A DNA stretch of 64,000 nt from an uncultured Muribaculaceae bacterium (GTDB lineage Bacteria > Bacillota_I > Bacilli_A > RF39 > UBA660): contig CAYZRY010000002.1 in assembly GCA_964481005.1 (NCBI GenBank), positions 3,488 to 67,487 of the forward strand, read 5' to 3'. The notes below the pieces were generated by a model that was not told the DNA's origin, made no database searches, and saw only the letters and a program-made list of their open reading frames with translations. The translations under genes and the position numbers were made by a program. This document shows, piece by piece, positions 22,352-32,672 of the stretch (the first letter of the stretch is position 1; the number at the start of each line of letters is the position of its first letter).

Positions 22352-23452
22352 CTATACGTTAAATCTAAAGTAACAGATATCTCCGTCTTTCATCAGATAA
22401 TCTCTACCTTCAAGTCTCAGTCTTCCAGCTTCTTTAACTTTTAATTCACTTCCGTTTTTAATTAAATCTTCATAAGACATAATTTCTGCCTTGATAAATC
22501 CTTTTTCAAAATCACTGTGAATAATACCGGCACATTTCTTAGCGTTACTTCCTTTTTTAAAAGTCCATGCTCTAACCTCTTCTTTACCAGCTGTAAAAAA
22601 TGTTTCAAGACCAAGTAAATCATAGGTTTCTCTAATCAAACTATCTAATCCACTTTCTGTTATACCAACAGCTTCGAGCATCTCATTTTTTTCTTCTTTG
22701 CTCATATCAGATAATTCTTCTTCAAGTTTTACACATATTTTAATAACTTTAGCTTCCATAGCTTTACTGTATTCTTTAATTTTTAACACATGGTTGTTAT
22801 CTTCTTCGACAAGGTCTGCTTCGGCAACATTAGCTAAAAAGATGATCGGTTTAGCAGTCAATAAATTAAATTGTTTTATTACTAATTGTTCTTCATCATT
22901 AAAATCAACTGTTCTTACTGCTTTACCCGCTTCGAGGGCTTCTTTTGCTTTTAGCAAGGCACTATATTCAGCAAGCGCCTCATTATCTTTGGTAGTTTCT
23001 GCTTTCTTTTTAATTTTATCAATTCTATTGTTTACTATCTCTAAATCCGCAATCGAAAGCTCTAAATCAATAATTTCTATATCTCTAATTGGATCTACAT
23101 CATTTTCAACATGAATGATATTTGGATCATCAAAACACCTGACAACCTCGACAATAGCATCGACTTCTCTAATGTGGGCTAAGAACTTATTTCCAAGTCC
23201 TTCACCAGTTGATGCACCCTTAACTAATCCAGCAATATCAGTAAATTCATAACTAGTAGGTACTAAATTTTTAGTTTCATACATATCATTTAAAACATCT
23301 AGTCTTTCATCCGGTACAAAGACTACTCCAACGTTTGGATCAATCGTTGCAAACGGATAATTAGCAGCTAAAATACGCTGATTAGTAATAGCATTAAACA
23401 AAGTACTTTTTCCAACATTGGGAAGACCTACTATTCCCGCTTTTAAACTCAT
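22352..23452 (-). CDS. ychF: ribosome-binding ATPase YchF
   Basis: G-domain GLPNVGKST, 366 aa, TGS C-domain. Confidence 0.95.
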   Translation of the reverse strand: MSLKAGIVGLPNVGKSTLFNAITNQRILAANYPFATIDPNVGVVFVPDERLDVLNDMYETKNLVPTSYEFTDIAGLVKGASTGEGLGNKFLAHIREVDAIVEVVRCFDDPNIIHVENDVDPIRDIEIIDLELSIADLEIVNNRIDKIKKKAETTKDNEALAEYSALLKAKEALEAGKAVRTVDFNDEEQLVIKQFNLLTAKPIIFLANVAEADLVEEDNNHVLKIKEYSKAMEAKVIKICVKLEEELSDMSKEEKNEMLEAVGITESGLDSLIRETYDLLGLETFFTAGKEEVRAWTFKKGSNAKKCAGIIHSDFEKGFIKAEIMSYEDLIKNGSELKVKEAGRLRLEGRDYLMKDGDICYFRFNV

Positions 23453-23487
23453 CTTGTTCTCCTTTCATTAAAAAAGTTAGTTAAATA

Positions 23488-23619
23488 CTAACTTTGAAGT
23501 TTTCTCAATCTTTCTACTTCTTCTTTACTGAGGGTAAAAGTAAACTTTTCAATTTCTGCATCAAAAGCTACTTTAACTTTTAGTTCCTCTTCTCTTTTTT
23601 CTGTTTTTTCGTTTTCCAT
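23488..23619 (-). CDS. small hypothetical protein (43 aa, charged)
   Basis: Not in ORF track (short). MENEKTEKREEELKVKVAFDAEIEKFTFTLSKEEVERLRKLQS; GGAGG RBS overlaps abgT stop, 5-nt spacer. Confidence 0.4.
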   Translation of the reverse strand: MENEKTEKREEELKVKVAFDAEIEKFTFTLSKEEVERLRKLQS

Positions 23620-23628
23620 AATTACCTC

Positions 23629-25221
23629 CTATAATGTTGGGTAAACACCCGGTCCGATTGGGATACCTATCAAGTACCACCCTAGAATTATACATATCCA
23701 TGTTATCACCATGACGATGAAATATGGATATACATAAGCCAGAGCTTTTCTGATGGAAACTGGGTCCTTACCAGTATTATATATGTTTAAGTACGCTAAG
23801 TAAATAACAAAAAATCCCATAAATGGTGTTATTCCCTTAGTGATGGAATCAGCTGCTCTAAATATAAATTGAGCAAACTGAGGAGAAATATTAGATTGCA
23901 TCATCATCGGTACAACCACTGGTGAAAAGATAATCCATTTGTTTAAAGTAGATGGATAGAATAATCCAGTGAAGGCTACAACGACGATTGTCAGCATAAT
24001 CAAACTAATGTTTTTGAAGGCAAGAAATTGAATAATTTCTGCTCCATAACAAGCTAATAATAAACCGATGTTTGTCTGTTTAAAAATAGCTAAGGCTTGG
24101 ACAAAGAAGAAGACAATTAAAGCCACGTAACCAATATTTTTTAAATATAGAGCTGCTTTTTCAAATAAATCTTTGTCGTTTTTGATCGTTTTAGCTCCGA
24201 TTCCATAAGCAACTCCACATACCATCAGTAGAATAGTTGTCATGTAGGTAAAACCATCTTTGAAATATGATTGTGCACCAAACAATTGATTTGTGTAAGC
24301 TATTCTATTTGTATCAAGTAAGATTCCTGAACCAGGTAAACCTGGAGTAATCATATAAATAAAGATGGCAATAATTGTGATTAGGGCAATAAATGCATAT
24401 TTTACTCCGCGTTTTTCAAGTACTTCTCTCTCTATTTTTTCTTTATCATCAAGCTCACCAACCAATGTATGTTCGCTAGTTTCTTCAAGAATTTCATCAT
24501 CTAAACGATATCTTCCAATCTTTTTTAGAATCATCGATTCAATTGCCATTGTTCCAACGATTGATAAAATAATTGTACTACCCATCATAATAAATAAATT
24601 TGATAATAGTGCTACATGGGCTTCAGAATCAATTAATCTAGCTGCCATTGTTGTAATTGGTACCATACTTACATCCAGTGATCCAACAAATAACGATGTT
24701 CCATAACCAAAGGCTACTCCGCAGAAAGCAGCAGTAATACCAAGTAATGGACTACGCTTGTTAGCTAGGAAAACTAATGCTCCGATTGGAATTAAAACTG
24801 CATAACCGATATCATTTACAATATTTGAACTAATAGCGATAAATATTAATGAAAAAGTAATAAATTTATTGCTCATTTTAAAAGTAATTCTTCGAATTAC
24901 AGCATCAATTAAACCAGATGCGTGCGTTATGCTAACACCAATTAAACCAATAATAAGCGTTAAAAATACTGAGAAGCTACCAAAATTACTAGCAGCATTA
25001 CTAAATATATATTTAAATCCATCATAGTTAAACATATTGCGTACTTCGACAGTAATTGTTCTAAGTTCGTTGGTTCTCGAATCGATTACTCTATATGTTG
25101 ATTGGAGATCAAATCTCGATAAAACAAAACTTAGAAATATCGTGAAAACGGCTAATAAGATTAAACTAGTGACTGGATGCAGATTAAACTTTTTTAGTCT
25201 GCGTCTTTTTCGCTCTTTCAT
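23629..25221 (-). CDS. AbgT-family transporter
   Basis: 530 aa polytopic; C-terminal segment ..FAQFIFRAADS.. and ..WYLIGIPIGPGVYP matches the AbgT/MtrF family C-terminus as I remember it. Confidence 0.75.
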   Translation of the reverse strand: MKERKRRRLKKFNLHPVTSLILLAVFTIFLSFVLSRFDLQSTYRVIDSRTNELRTITVEVRNMFNYDGFKYIFSNAASNFGSFSVFLTLIIGLIGVSITHASGLIDAVIRRITFKMSNKFITFSLIFIAISSNIVNDIGYAVLIPIGALVFLANKRSPLLGITAAFCGVAFGYGTSLFVGSLDVSMVPITTMAARLIDSEAHVALLSNLFIMMGSTIILSIVGTMAIESMILKKIGRYRLDDEILEETSEHTLVGELDDKEKIEREVLEKRGVKYAFIALITIIAIFIYMITPGLPGSGILLDTNRIAYTNQLFGAQSYFKDGFTYMTTILLMVCGVAYGIGAKTIKNDKDLFEKAALYLKNIGYVALIVFFFVQALAIFKQTNIGLLLACYGAEIIQFLAFKNISLIMLTIVVVAFTGLFYPSTLNKWIIFSPVVVPMMMQSNISPQFAQFIFRAADSITKGITPFMGFFVIYLAYLNIYNTGKDPVSIRKALAYVYPYFIVMVITWICIILGWYLIGIPIGPGVYPTL

Positions 25222-25229
25222 AATTCTCC

Positions 25230-25430
25230 TTAATATTTGATAACTTTTTTAACTTTTTTATTAAATTCTATTCTTGGAATAGTTACTATTCTACTGCAGT
25301 TATTACATTTTATTTTAATGTCTGCTCCTACTCTAGTTACTTCCCATTCGTTATGTCCACATGGATGAGCTTTTTTCATAATAACTTGTGAACCTAATTG
25401 AATATCTTTATTTTCCATATTGTTACTCAT
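25230..25430 (-). CDS. DUF951 family protein (YyzM-like)
   Basis: 66 aa with HPCG...WE(V)TR(V)GADIKIKC..C pattern, like B. subtilis YyzM; sits next to spo0J as in Bacillus. Confidence 0.75.
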   Translation of the reverse strand: MSNNMENKDIQLGSQVIMKKAHPCGHNEWEVTRVGADIKIKCNNCSRIVTIPRIEFNKKVKKVIKY

Positions 25431-26301
25431 CGATATTCATAATTTCTAAAATTCTATTTAGATCATTGACATTACTAAAGTATACTTCTAGGGTATTATT
25501 TCTGATTTTTACTCTAGTACCAAGTTTTTCAGAAAGACTATCTTCAAGATGACTAAACTGACTATTACTTGATTTTTTTGTTGTTTTAACTGGCTTTTCA
25601 CCACGAATTATATTTTCTGTCTGTCTGACATTTAAATTTTCATTAAGTATTTTTTCAACAAGTGCATCTACTTCCTCAGCAGTTTCAAGTTTACTTAAAA
25701 TTCTTGCATGACTGGCAGATATTTTATCTTTATTAATTAAATTTTTAACATGATCTGGCAAGTTTAATAGTCCTACCATGTTCGTAATATAGCTACGACT
25801 CTTACCAAGACGTTTAGCTAACTCTTCTTGCGTTATACGAAGCTTTTCAAGTAATTGCTTGTAAGCATTTGCTTCTTCAATAGCATTTAAATTTTCTCTT
25901 TGAAGATTCTCAAGTAGAGCTATTTCCATCATCTCATCATCAGTAAAATCTCTAACTATCGACGGGATAGTCTTTTTTCCTGCTATTTCACTAGCTTTAA
26001 CACGTCGTTCACCAGCTATTATTTCATAACCTTTAATTGAACTCTTTTTAACGATAATTGGCTGAATAACACCATGTTCTTTGATTGATTCAGCTAATTC
26101 ATCAAGCTTTTCAGCATCGAATATTTTTCTCGGTTGGTAAGGGTTGCTTCTAAGTTCATTAATGTTTAGTTCAACTATTTCATCTTTTGAAGTTGAATTT
26201 ACAATACTTTCTTCAATTGATGAAAAGTCCATCTTTTCATTACTGAACAACTCTTCTAAACCTTTACCCATTACTCTTCTTTTATTATCCATTTCTCTCA
26301 A
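25423..26301 (-). CDS. parB: chromosome partitioning protein ParB/Spo0J
   Basis: ParB N-domain (GERRVKAS), HTH segment LGKSRSYITNMVGLL carrying Arg at the parS-specificity position, C-terminal dimerisation domain. True start may be an internal Met (MDNKRR or MGKGLEELF). Confidence 0.9.
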   Translation of the reverse strand: MREMDNKRRVMGKGLEELFSNEKMDFSSIEESIVNSTSKDEIVELNINELRSNPYQPRKIFDAEKLDELAESIKEHGVIQPIIVKKSSIKGYEIIAGERRVKASEIAGKKTIPSIVRDFTDDEMMEIALLENLQRENLNAIEEANAYKQLLEKLRITQEELAKRLGKSRSYITNMVGLLNLPDHVKNLINKDKISASHARILSKLETAEEVDALVEKILNENLNVRQTENIIRGEKPVKTTKKSSNSQFSHLEDSLSEKLGTRVKIRNNTLEVYFSNVNDLNRILEIMNIDE

Positions 26302-27070
26302 TCACTTCCTTAGCTAAATTTAAATAAGCCTCAGTTCCTCTACATTTAGGATCGTACGCTACAATTGGTTTACCGTGCGATGGTGCCTCAGTTAATCTAA
26401 CTGATCTTGGGATGATTGTATTGTAAACTCTCTCTTTAAAATATTTTCTTATATCTTCGACTACATCAAATCCAATATTTGTTCTAGCATCGAGCATTGT
26501 CAGTAAAACTCCTTCAATATCTAGATTTGGATTTAAATTTTTCTTCGCCATCATTATCGAGTTGAGCAGTTGCATTATTCCCTCTAGTGCATAAAATTCA
26601 CACTGCACTGGAATTATTACTGAATCTGTTGCTGTAAGTGCATTAGTTGTGATCAGTCCAAGCGATGGTGGACAATCGATAATTATATAATCATATCTAT
26701 TTCTAACTGTATCTATTTTATTTTTAAATTGGGAACCCCTTTGGAAACCAGGCTCTTTTTGGCTTCTCTCCATAAGTTCCATGTCCAAACCTGCTAAATT
26801 TACTGTCGCTGGCAGGACATCTAATCTTTTGTATCTACTACTTAAAATAGCATCATCAATCTGGCACTTTTCCGTAATAACGTCATAGACGCTATATTGA
26901 AGTTCCCCCTTGTTAATACCCATTCCTGTCGTAGTATTTCCTTGTGGATCTAGATCGACAAGTAATACTTTTTTACCTAGTACTGCAATCGATGCAGAAA
27001 GATTTATACTAGTTGTTGTTTTTCCTACGCCACCCTTTTGGTTGACCAAAGATATTATCTTCCCCATCAA
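26285..27070 (-). CDS. parA: chromosome partitioning ATPase ParA/Soj
   Basis: Deviant Walker A KGGVGKTT, 261 aa. Confidence 0.92.
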   Translation of the reverse strand: MMGKIISLVNQKGGVGKTTTSINLSASIAVLGKKVLLVDLDPQGNTTTGMGINKGELQYSVYDVITEKCQIDDAILSSRYKRLDVLPATVNLAGLDMELMERSQKEPGFQRGSQFKNKIDTVRNRYDYIIIDCPPSLGLITTNALTATDSVIIPVQCEFYALEGIMQLLNSIMMAKKNLNPNLDIEGVLLTMLDARTNIGFDVVEDIRKYFKERVYNTIIPRSVRLTEAPSHGKPIVAYDPKCRGTEAYLNLAKEVIERNG

Positions 27071-27159
27071 ATCACCTTCCTAAATATCAGTATATATATG
27101 ATATCAAATATTAGATGATTTTTAAATAAAAAAAACAAATTACTTTGTTTTTCTTATCA

Positions 27160-28578
27160 TTATTTTGCTATTCTAACAACTATTTCCATAACTCCGTTGT
27201 TTACGGTGTTAACTAGTTCAACTTTGAATCCTTTACTCTCTAGTTCTCTTGTAATATTACCGATAGCAATATTAGCAAATTTGATTTCTTCACTAGCTGT
27301 AAAATCTGCTCCTGAAGCTGGTGTTGCAGCTTCTTGGACTGGAGCTTGAACTGCTTCGACTTGTGGTTCTACTTGAACAATTTGTGGAGCTGGCTCTGGT
27401 GTTACAAATGTTAAAGGTTCAATTGGGGCAACCGGAGCAATACTAGCATTTTCTTGTTCAATTATACCGCTTAGTCCATTTTGATTAACTGGTTGGATAT
27501 CGACAAGTTGTGGTGTCTGCTGAATTACAGGCATACCTGCAAGTAGTCCCTTACCGATAATTTCTTGACCATTAACTGGCTCTGGAGATGGAGTGCCAAG
27601 ATCTGGAATGAATCTGTTTTGCATTGCAACTTCTTCCTCACTCGGAGCTTCAGCTTTTAATAGTGAACTCATGTCAGCAACCTGTTTAAGACCACCTTGA
27701 TTAATGTCTGCTGCTTCTGATCTAATCTTATCGATATCAACAATTGTTTGATCAACTGCAACTGGCGAAACATCTAATGTCTCTACTTGCTGACTCTCTG
27801 CTTGAACAACTGGTGTATCAACTGGCTGAATAAATGTTGGTGCCGGGTTGATAAATGTTTCAAGTGGAGCTGGCGTCGGACTTACTACTTCGGCTGGCGC
27901 TTGAACTTGACTGTTTATTTGTGCTTCAAACGACGGTGTATTAACTTCAGCTATATTTGTATTTATTAAATTACTCTCTTCATTCATTCTCTTTATTCTT
28001 TCATCAACTTCTCTTACTGGAAGTCTTTTTTCTACTATCTCTTCAAGTAGAGTTAGTTGTTTACTACGATCAGATAAGTTAATTAAACTACGAGCATGAC
28101 GCTCAGATATCTGTTCTTTTAAAAGGGCTTGTTGAATTTCTTCAGGAAGACTTAATAGTCTTAATTTATTGGCAACCGAAGACTGAGATTTACCCATTGT
28201 TTTAGCAAGTTGTTCCTGAGTCAAATCATCTATATCTAAGATTTTTTGATAGGTTCTTGCTTCCTCAATCGGAGACAAATCTCTTCTTTGTAAATTTTCT
28301 ATTAAAGCTACTTTAGAACTTTCTTTATCATCGAAATTTTTAACTATCGCAGGAATAGTTGTCTTACCAACTAACGAAGATGCTTTATATCTTCTTTCTC
28401 CGGCAATAATCTCATACTTCTCACCAATTTTTCTAACTATGATTGGTTGAATTACTCCATGTTCTTTAATAGATACAGCTAACTCTTTTAATGCTTGATC
28501 ATCAAACACTTCACGTGGCTGAAACCTATTTGGAATAACATCATCCAAATGTAGTTGAATAATTTCTTCATTCTGCAT
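27160..28578 (-). CDS. noc: Noc-like ParB paralog with ~230-aa low-complexity insertion
   Basis: N-terminal 190 aa collinear with B. subtilis Noc (IPNRFQPR, HGVIQPIIVR, IAGERR, VALIENLQRRDLSPIEEA, MGKSQSSVANKLRLL, ISERHARSL). Gln/Lys in recognition helix where ParB has Arg/Met. Then a P/V/Q/A/E-rich linker, then a ParB-type C-terminal domain (..VMEIVVRIAK). Confidence 0.8.
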   Translation of the reverse strand: MQNEEIIQLHLDDVIPNRFQPREVFDDQALKELAVSIKEHGVIQPIIVRKIGEKYEIIAGERRYKASSLVGKTTIPAIVKNFDDKESSKVALIENLQRRDLSPIEEARTYQKILDIDDLTQEQLAKTMGKSQSSVANKLRLLSLPEEIQQALLKEQISERHARSLINLSDRSKQLTLLEEIVEKRLPVREVDERIKRMNEESNLINTNIAEVNTPSFEAQINSQVQAPAEVVSPTPAPLETFINPAPTFIQPVDTPVVQAESQQVETLDVSPVAVDQTIVDIDKIRSEAADINQGGLKQVADMSSLLKAEAPSEEEVAMQNRFIPDLGTPSPEPVNGQEIIGKGLLAGMPVIQQTPQLVDIQPVNQNGLSGIIEQENASIAPVAPIEPLTFVTPEPAPQIVQVEPQVEAVQAPVQEAATPASGADFTASEEIKFANIAIGNITRELESKGFKVELVNTVNNGVMEIVVRIAK

Positions 28579-28663
28579 ACAACAACCTCACTTTTTACCC
28601 TTTATTCTATGTATTATTATATTATATAATTTAATATAATACAATCTATTTTTAAAATACTAT

Positions 28664-28695
28664 AAACAAAAGAAAAAAGACTACTTATAGTCTTT
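28664..28695 (-). terminator. rho-independent terminator after rsmG
   Basis: Stem AAAGACTA-CTTA-TAGTCTTT followed on minus strand by UUUUUUUCU. Confidence 0.55.
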
Positions 28696-29409
28696 TTATA
28701 TCTTTAATTCTTTTTTAATTTTATCGATTGAACGCGGATATTTTTCTTTAGTTTTTTCTTCTTTTTCAAAAATTACAATGCTTCTCAAACTGTTTTCAAA
28801 TGGTAAATCAAAGGTAATAGTTTCAGCAAATTTAAGAGGTAGTTTTTGAGTATGATGAAGACTATTTATTAGTTCTTCATGAACATCACCCTTCATTAAA
28901 ATTAACTTCCCACCAAGCTTAATTGAGCGCGTTGAAATCTCTGCTAAGACAGCAGTGTTAGCTACTGCTCTAGCAGTTACAACATCAAATTTTTCAAGAT
29001 GTTTTTTTGAATAATCTTCCATTCTTCCGTGAACAGTTTCAATATCTTCCAGTTCTAATTTTTCGATAATTTCGTCTAAAAATTTAATACGTTTATTTAA
29101 AGAATCAATCAAGGTAACATGGATATTTGGAAAAAATATTTTAATCACTATACCAGGAAATCCAGCACCAGTTCCAACATCACAAAGACTATCAATATTA
29201 TTTAAATCAACTGCTTTGATTAATGTTAAACTATCATAAAAGTGCTTTAGATAAACTTCTTCTTTTTTGGTGATTGCGGTCAAATTTATTTTGTTATTCC
29301 ATTCAATTAATAACTCAAAATATTTTGTCAACTGACTCAATTTGATATCATTTATCTCGATTGTATTTGAGAGTTTTTTTACTTCTTCGACAAATTGTTT
29401 CTCAGTCAT
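28696..29409 (-). CDS. rsmG: 16S rRNA (guanine527-N7)-methyltransferase
   Basis: GidB family, SAM motif DVGTGAGFPG. Confidence 0.9.
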   Translation of the reverse strand: MTEKQFVEEVKKLSNTIEINDIKLSQLTKYFELLIEWNNKINLTAITKKEEVYLKHFYDSLTLIKAVDLNNIDSLCDVGTGAGFPGIVIKIFFPNIHVTLIDSLNKRIKFLDEIIEKLELEDIETVHGRMEDYSKKHLEKFDVVTARAVANTAVLAEISTRSIKLGGKLILMKGDVHEELINSLHHTQKLPLKFAETITFDLPFENSLRSIVIFEKEEKTKEKYPRSIDKIKKELKI

Positions 29410-31261
29410 GTTTACTCCTTTTTATATAAAGCGAAAGTATGCTAATATCACTTGGATTAACACCACTAATACGCATTGCTTGACCAAGTGAAGTTGGTCT
29501 TACTTCAGTTAGTTTTTGCTTTGCCTCATGAGCAATATTTTTTATTTTATTGTAGTCGATATCCTCGGGAATTAGCTCGTTTTCAAGATCCAGCATTTTA
29601 GCTGCTTCTTTATTTGCTTTGACAATATATCCAGCATATTTAATATTTATTTCGACCTCTTCATAAACTTCATTATCGAAATCTTCGCCTATATATTTTG
29701 TTAAATTTTGTATTTCTATCTCTGGTCTTTTTAATAAATCATAAAGAGTAATTCCATCTAATAAATGAGTCGATGAATATTCATTTAAAAACTCTTCGCT
29801 TTCTTTTCCAGGAACTAATTTTTTACTTTTTAAAATTTCTGTTAAACGGTCGATATCTTTAATTTTATTTTGAAATTTTGTGTATCTTTCTTCACTAAGT
29901 AAACCTATTTCTTTTCCGTAATCAGATAGTCTTAAATCGGCATTATCATTTCTTAAAAGAAGTCTATATTCTGCTCTCGAAGTTAATAGTCTATATGGAT
30001 CAATAACTCCTTTTGTAATTAAATCATCAATCAAAACCCCAATGTAAGCTTCACTTCTTTTTAGTACTAAAGCATCTTTATTATTTAGTTTATTGACAGC
30101 ATTTATTCCTGCCATTAAACCTTGACAAGCAGCTTCTTCATAACCACTTGTTCCATTAATTTGTCCGGCTGTAAATAAATTTTCGATGAGTTTTGTTTCA
30201 AGTGAGGCTTTTAATTGTCTAGCATCGATTGCGTCGTATTCGATAGCGTAAGCATATTTTTTAATAACTGCTTTTTCAAGCCCTGGCAAACTGTGAATCA
30301 TTTTTTCTTGAACATCTCTTGGCATGCTCGTTGAAAATCCTTGAACATAGATATCATCATAATAAATACTCTCTGGTTCTAAGAATATTTGATGTCTATC
30401 TTTATCAAAAAAACGAACAATTTTATCTTCGATTGATGGACAATATCTTGGTCCTATTCCTTCGACATATCCACCATACATACTAGATTTGTTTAAATTT
30501 TTATTAATTATTTCGTGTGTTTCAGGTGTTGTATAAATCAAATAACATGGTTCTTGATTTGCAGGATCGTAATATATTTTTCTATCGTGAGAAAAAGTCA
30601 AAGCTTCAGGATCTCCCTCTTGAATTATTCCTTTGCTATAATCAATTGAACTTTTTTCAAGTCTTGCTGGTGTACCTGTTTTCAATCTTTTGATTGTGAA
30701 ACCTAAATCACGTAGTTTTTCACTCAAAAACTTAGATGGTTCTTTTCCATCTGCGCCTTTACTAGTTTTTTCTGATCCAATTAGAATACTTGATTTTAAA
30801 TATGTACCTGTCGTTAAAATGACTACTTTAGAATATATCTTTTCACCATTTGCTAGAACTATTCCTTTGACAATTGAATCTTCGATTATTAGATCTTCGA
30901 CCATATCTTCTTTTATCTTGAGATTATTCTGATTTTCTAGTACTTCAAGCATATTTTTATGATATGTTACTTTATCTATTTGTGCTCTTAAAGCCCTAAC
31001 TGCTGGTCCCTTTTTAGTGTTTAACATCTTTAATTGCAAAAGACTTTTATCGGTATTTATACCCATTTCTCCGCCCAATGCATCTATTTCACGAACCACA
31101 ATACCTTTAGCTGGTCCACCTATCGATGGATTACAAGGAGTATCTGCTATATTTTTTAAATTACTACTTATTAGGAGAGTACTTTTTGAAAGTCTACTTG
31201 TTGCTAGCGAAGCTTCGCAACCAGCATGACCCCCACCTACTACTATTACATCATATTCCAT
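29402..31261 (-). CDS. mnmG: tRNA uridine 5-carboxymethylaminomethyl modification enzyme MnmG
   Basis: FAD-binding N-terminus YDVIVVGGGHAGCEA; 619 aa. Confidence 0.95.
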   Translation of the reverse strand: MEYDVIVVGGGHAGCEASLATSRLSKSTLLISSNLKNIADTPCNPSIGGPAKGIVVREIDALGGEMGINTDKSLLQLKMLNTKKGPAVRALRAQIDKVTYHKNMLEVLENQNNLKIKEDMVEDLIIEDSIVKGIVLANGEKIYSKVVILTTGTYLKSSILIGSEKTSKGADGKEPSKFLSEKLRDLGFTIKRLKTGTPARLEKSSIDYSKGIIQEGDPEALTFSHDRKIYYDPANQEPCYLIYTTPETHEIINKNLNKSSMYGGYVEGIGPRYCPSIEDKIVRFFDKDRHQIFLEPESIYYDDIYVQGFSTSMPRDVQEKMIHSLPGLEKAVIKKYAYAIEYDAIDARQLKASLETKLIENLFTAGQINGTSGYEEAACQGLMAGINAVNKLNNKDALVLKRSEAYIGVLIDDLITKGVIDPYRLLTSRAEYRLLLRNDNADLRLSDYGKEIGLLSEERYTKFQNKIKDIDRLTEILKSKKLVPGKESEEFLNEYSSTHLLDGITLYDLLKRPEIEIQNLTKYIGEDFDNEVYEEVEINIKYAGYIVKANKEAAKMLDLENELIPEDIDYNKIKNIAHEAKQKLTEVRPTSLGQAMRISGVNPSDISILSLYIKRSKHD

Positions 31262-31262
31262 A

Positions 31263-32618
31263 TTATTTACCTAAACAGAACTGACTAAATAGTGCATCGA
31301 GTAATTCATTTTCATAAGTTTCTCCAAGTATTTTTCCAAGTTCTTCCCAAATTCTTTTAATATCTATTTCAATCATATCTACATAATCACCATTACTTAA
31401 TGCTATTTCAACATCTTCAAGTATTTTTAGAGCTGATTTTGCCAAAGAAATTTGTCTAGTGTTTCCAAGTAATGCATGATCATTTTGATTGATTTGATTC
31501 AAATCTAGTATTTCATTTATTTTATCTTTTAATTTAACTATTTTTAAACTATCGATAGTATCTATTTCAATTACATTATCACTATCTATTTTAGATATAT
31601 CAATTTTTCTTTCTAAATCACATTTATTTATAACGGTAATAACTTTCTTTCCTTTGATGTTATCCATTATTTTTAAGTCTTCTTCGCTTAATTTTTCGTT
31701 ATTATTTAATACAAAGATTATTAAATCGGCTTTCTTACTAGCTTCAAGTGTTTTTTCAACTCCGATTTTTTCTACTACATCTTCGGTTTCTCTAATTCCG
31801 GCAGTATCTATCAAATTTAAAATAATTCCATCTATATTAATAGACCCTTCGACTATATCTCTTGTTGTTCCAGCAATTTCAGTAACAATTGCTTTATTCT
31901 CATCAAGTAATCTGTTAAGGATACTACTTTTTCCAACATTTGGTCTACCAATAATAGCAGTATTTATTCCACTTGAAAAAATTAAAGATCTTTCACTTTC
32001 TTCGATTATTTCTTTCAATTTATTTTTTACATGAACCATTGTTTCGGTAACTTTATTATTAGTAACTTGTTCTATATCTTCATATTCTGGATAATCTATA
32101 TTAACTTCAATATTAGCAATCAAATTTAACAAATCATTTCGAAGTTCTCTAATCATTTTGCTACTTGTTCCATCTATTTGTCTCATTGAAATATTTCGTG
32201 ATTGATCAGTTTGAGCTTTAATAATATCAGCAGTTGCTTCAGCTTCGACTAAATCGATACGTCCTCCGACAAAAGCTCTCTTAGTAAATTCACCAGGTTC
32301 AGCCAAGCGACATCCAGATAATAATAGTATCTCTAATATTTTCTTAGTTGTGGCAATTCCCCCATGGCAATTTATCTCAACTACATCTTCGGTTGTAAAT
32401 GTCTTTGGAGATCTCATAATCGACACTAAAACTTCATCAATTTTCTCGTTTTCAAACACTATAAAACCATGATTAATAGTATGACTATCAACCTTAGTTA
32501 AATCTTTTCCCTCAAAGAGTTTAGCAACTATTTCAATAGCTTCGCTTCCACTAGCTCTAACTATCGATATTGCTCCGGCTCCCATTGTTGTTGAAATTGC
32601 AGCAATTGTGTCTTTCAT
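31263..32618 (-). CDS. mnmE: tRNA modification GTPase MnmE
   Basis: G-domain GRPNVGKSS, C-terminal ..CLGK tail; 451 aa. Confidence 0.95.
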   Translation of the reverse strand: MKDTIAAISTTMGAGAISIVRASGSEAIEIVAKLFEGKDLTKVDSHTINHGFIVFENEKIDEVLVSIMRSPKTFTTEDVVEINCHGGIATTKKILEILLLSGCRLAEPGEFTKRAFVGGRIDLVEAEATADIIKAQTDQSRNISMRQIDGTSSKMIRELRNDLLNLIANIEVNIDYPEYEDIEQVTNNKVTETMVHVKNKLKEIIEESERSLIFSSGINTAIIGRPNVGKSSILNRLLDENKAIVTEIAGTTRDIVEGSINIDGIILNLIDTAGIRETEDVVEKIGVEKTLEASKKADLIIFVLNNNEKLSEEDLKIMDNIKGKKVITVINKCDLERKIDISKIDSDNVIEIDTIDSLKIVKLKDKINEILDLNQINQNDHALLGNTRQISLAKSALKILEDVEIALSNGDYVDMIEIDIKRIWEELGKILGETYENELLDALFSQFCLGK

Positions 32619-32672
32619 AGCATTCCCTTTCGGACGCTATTATATCATAATATAAACATAAAAAAAAGAGTG

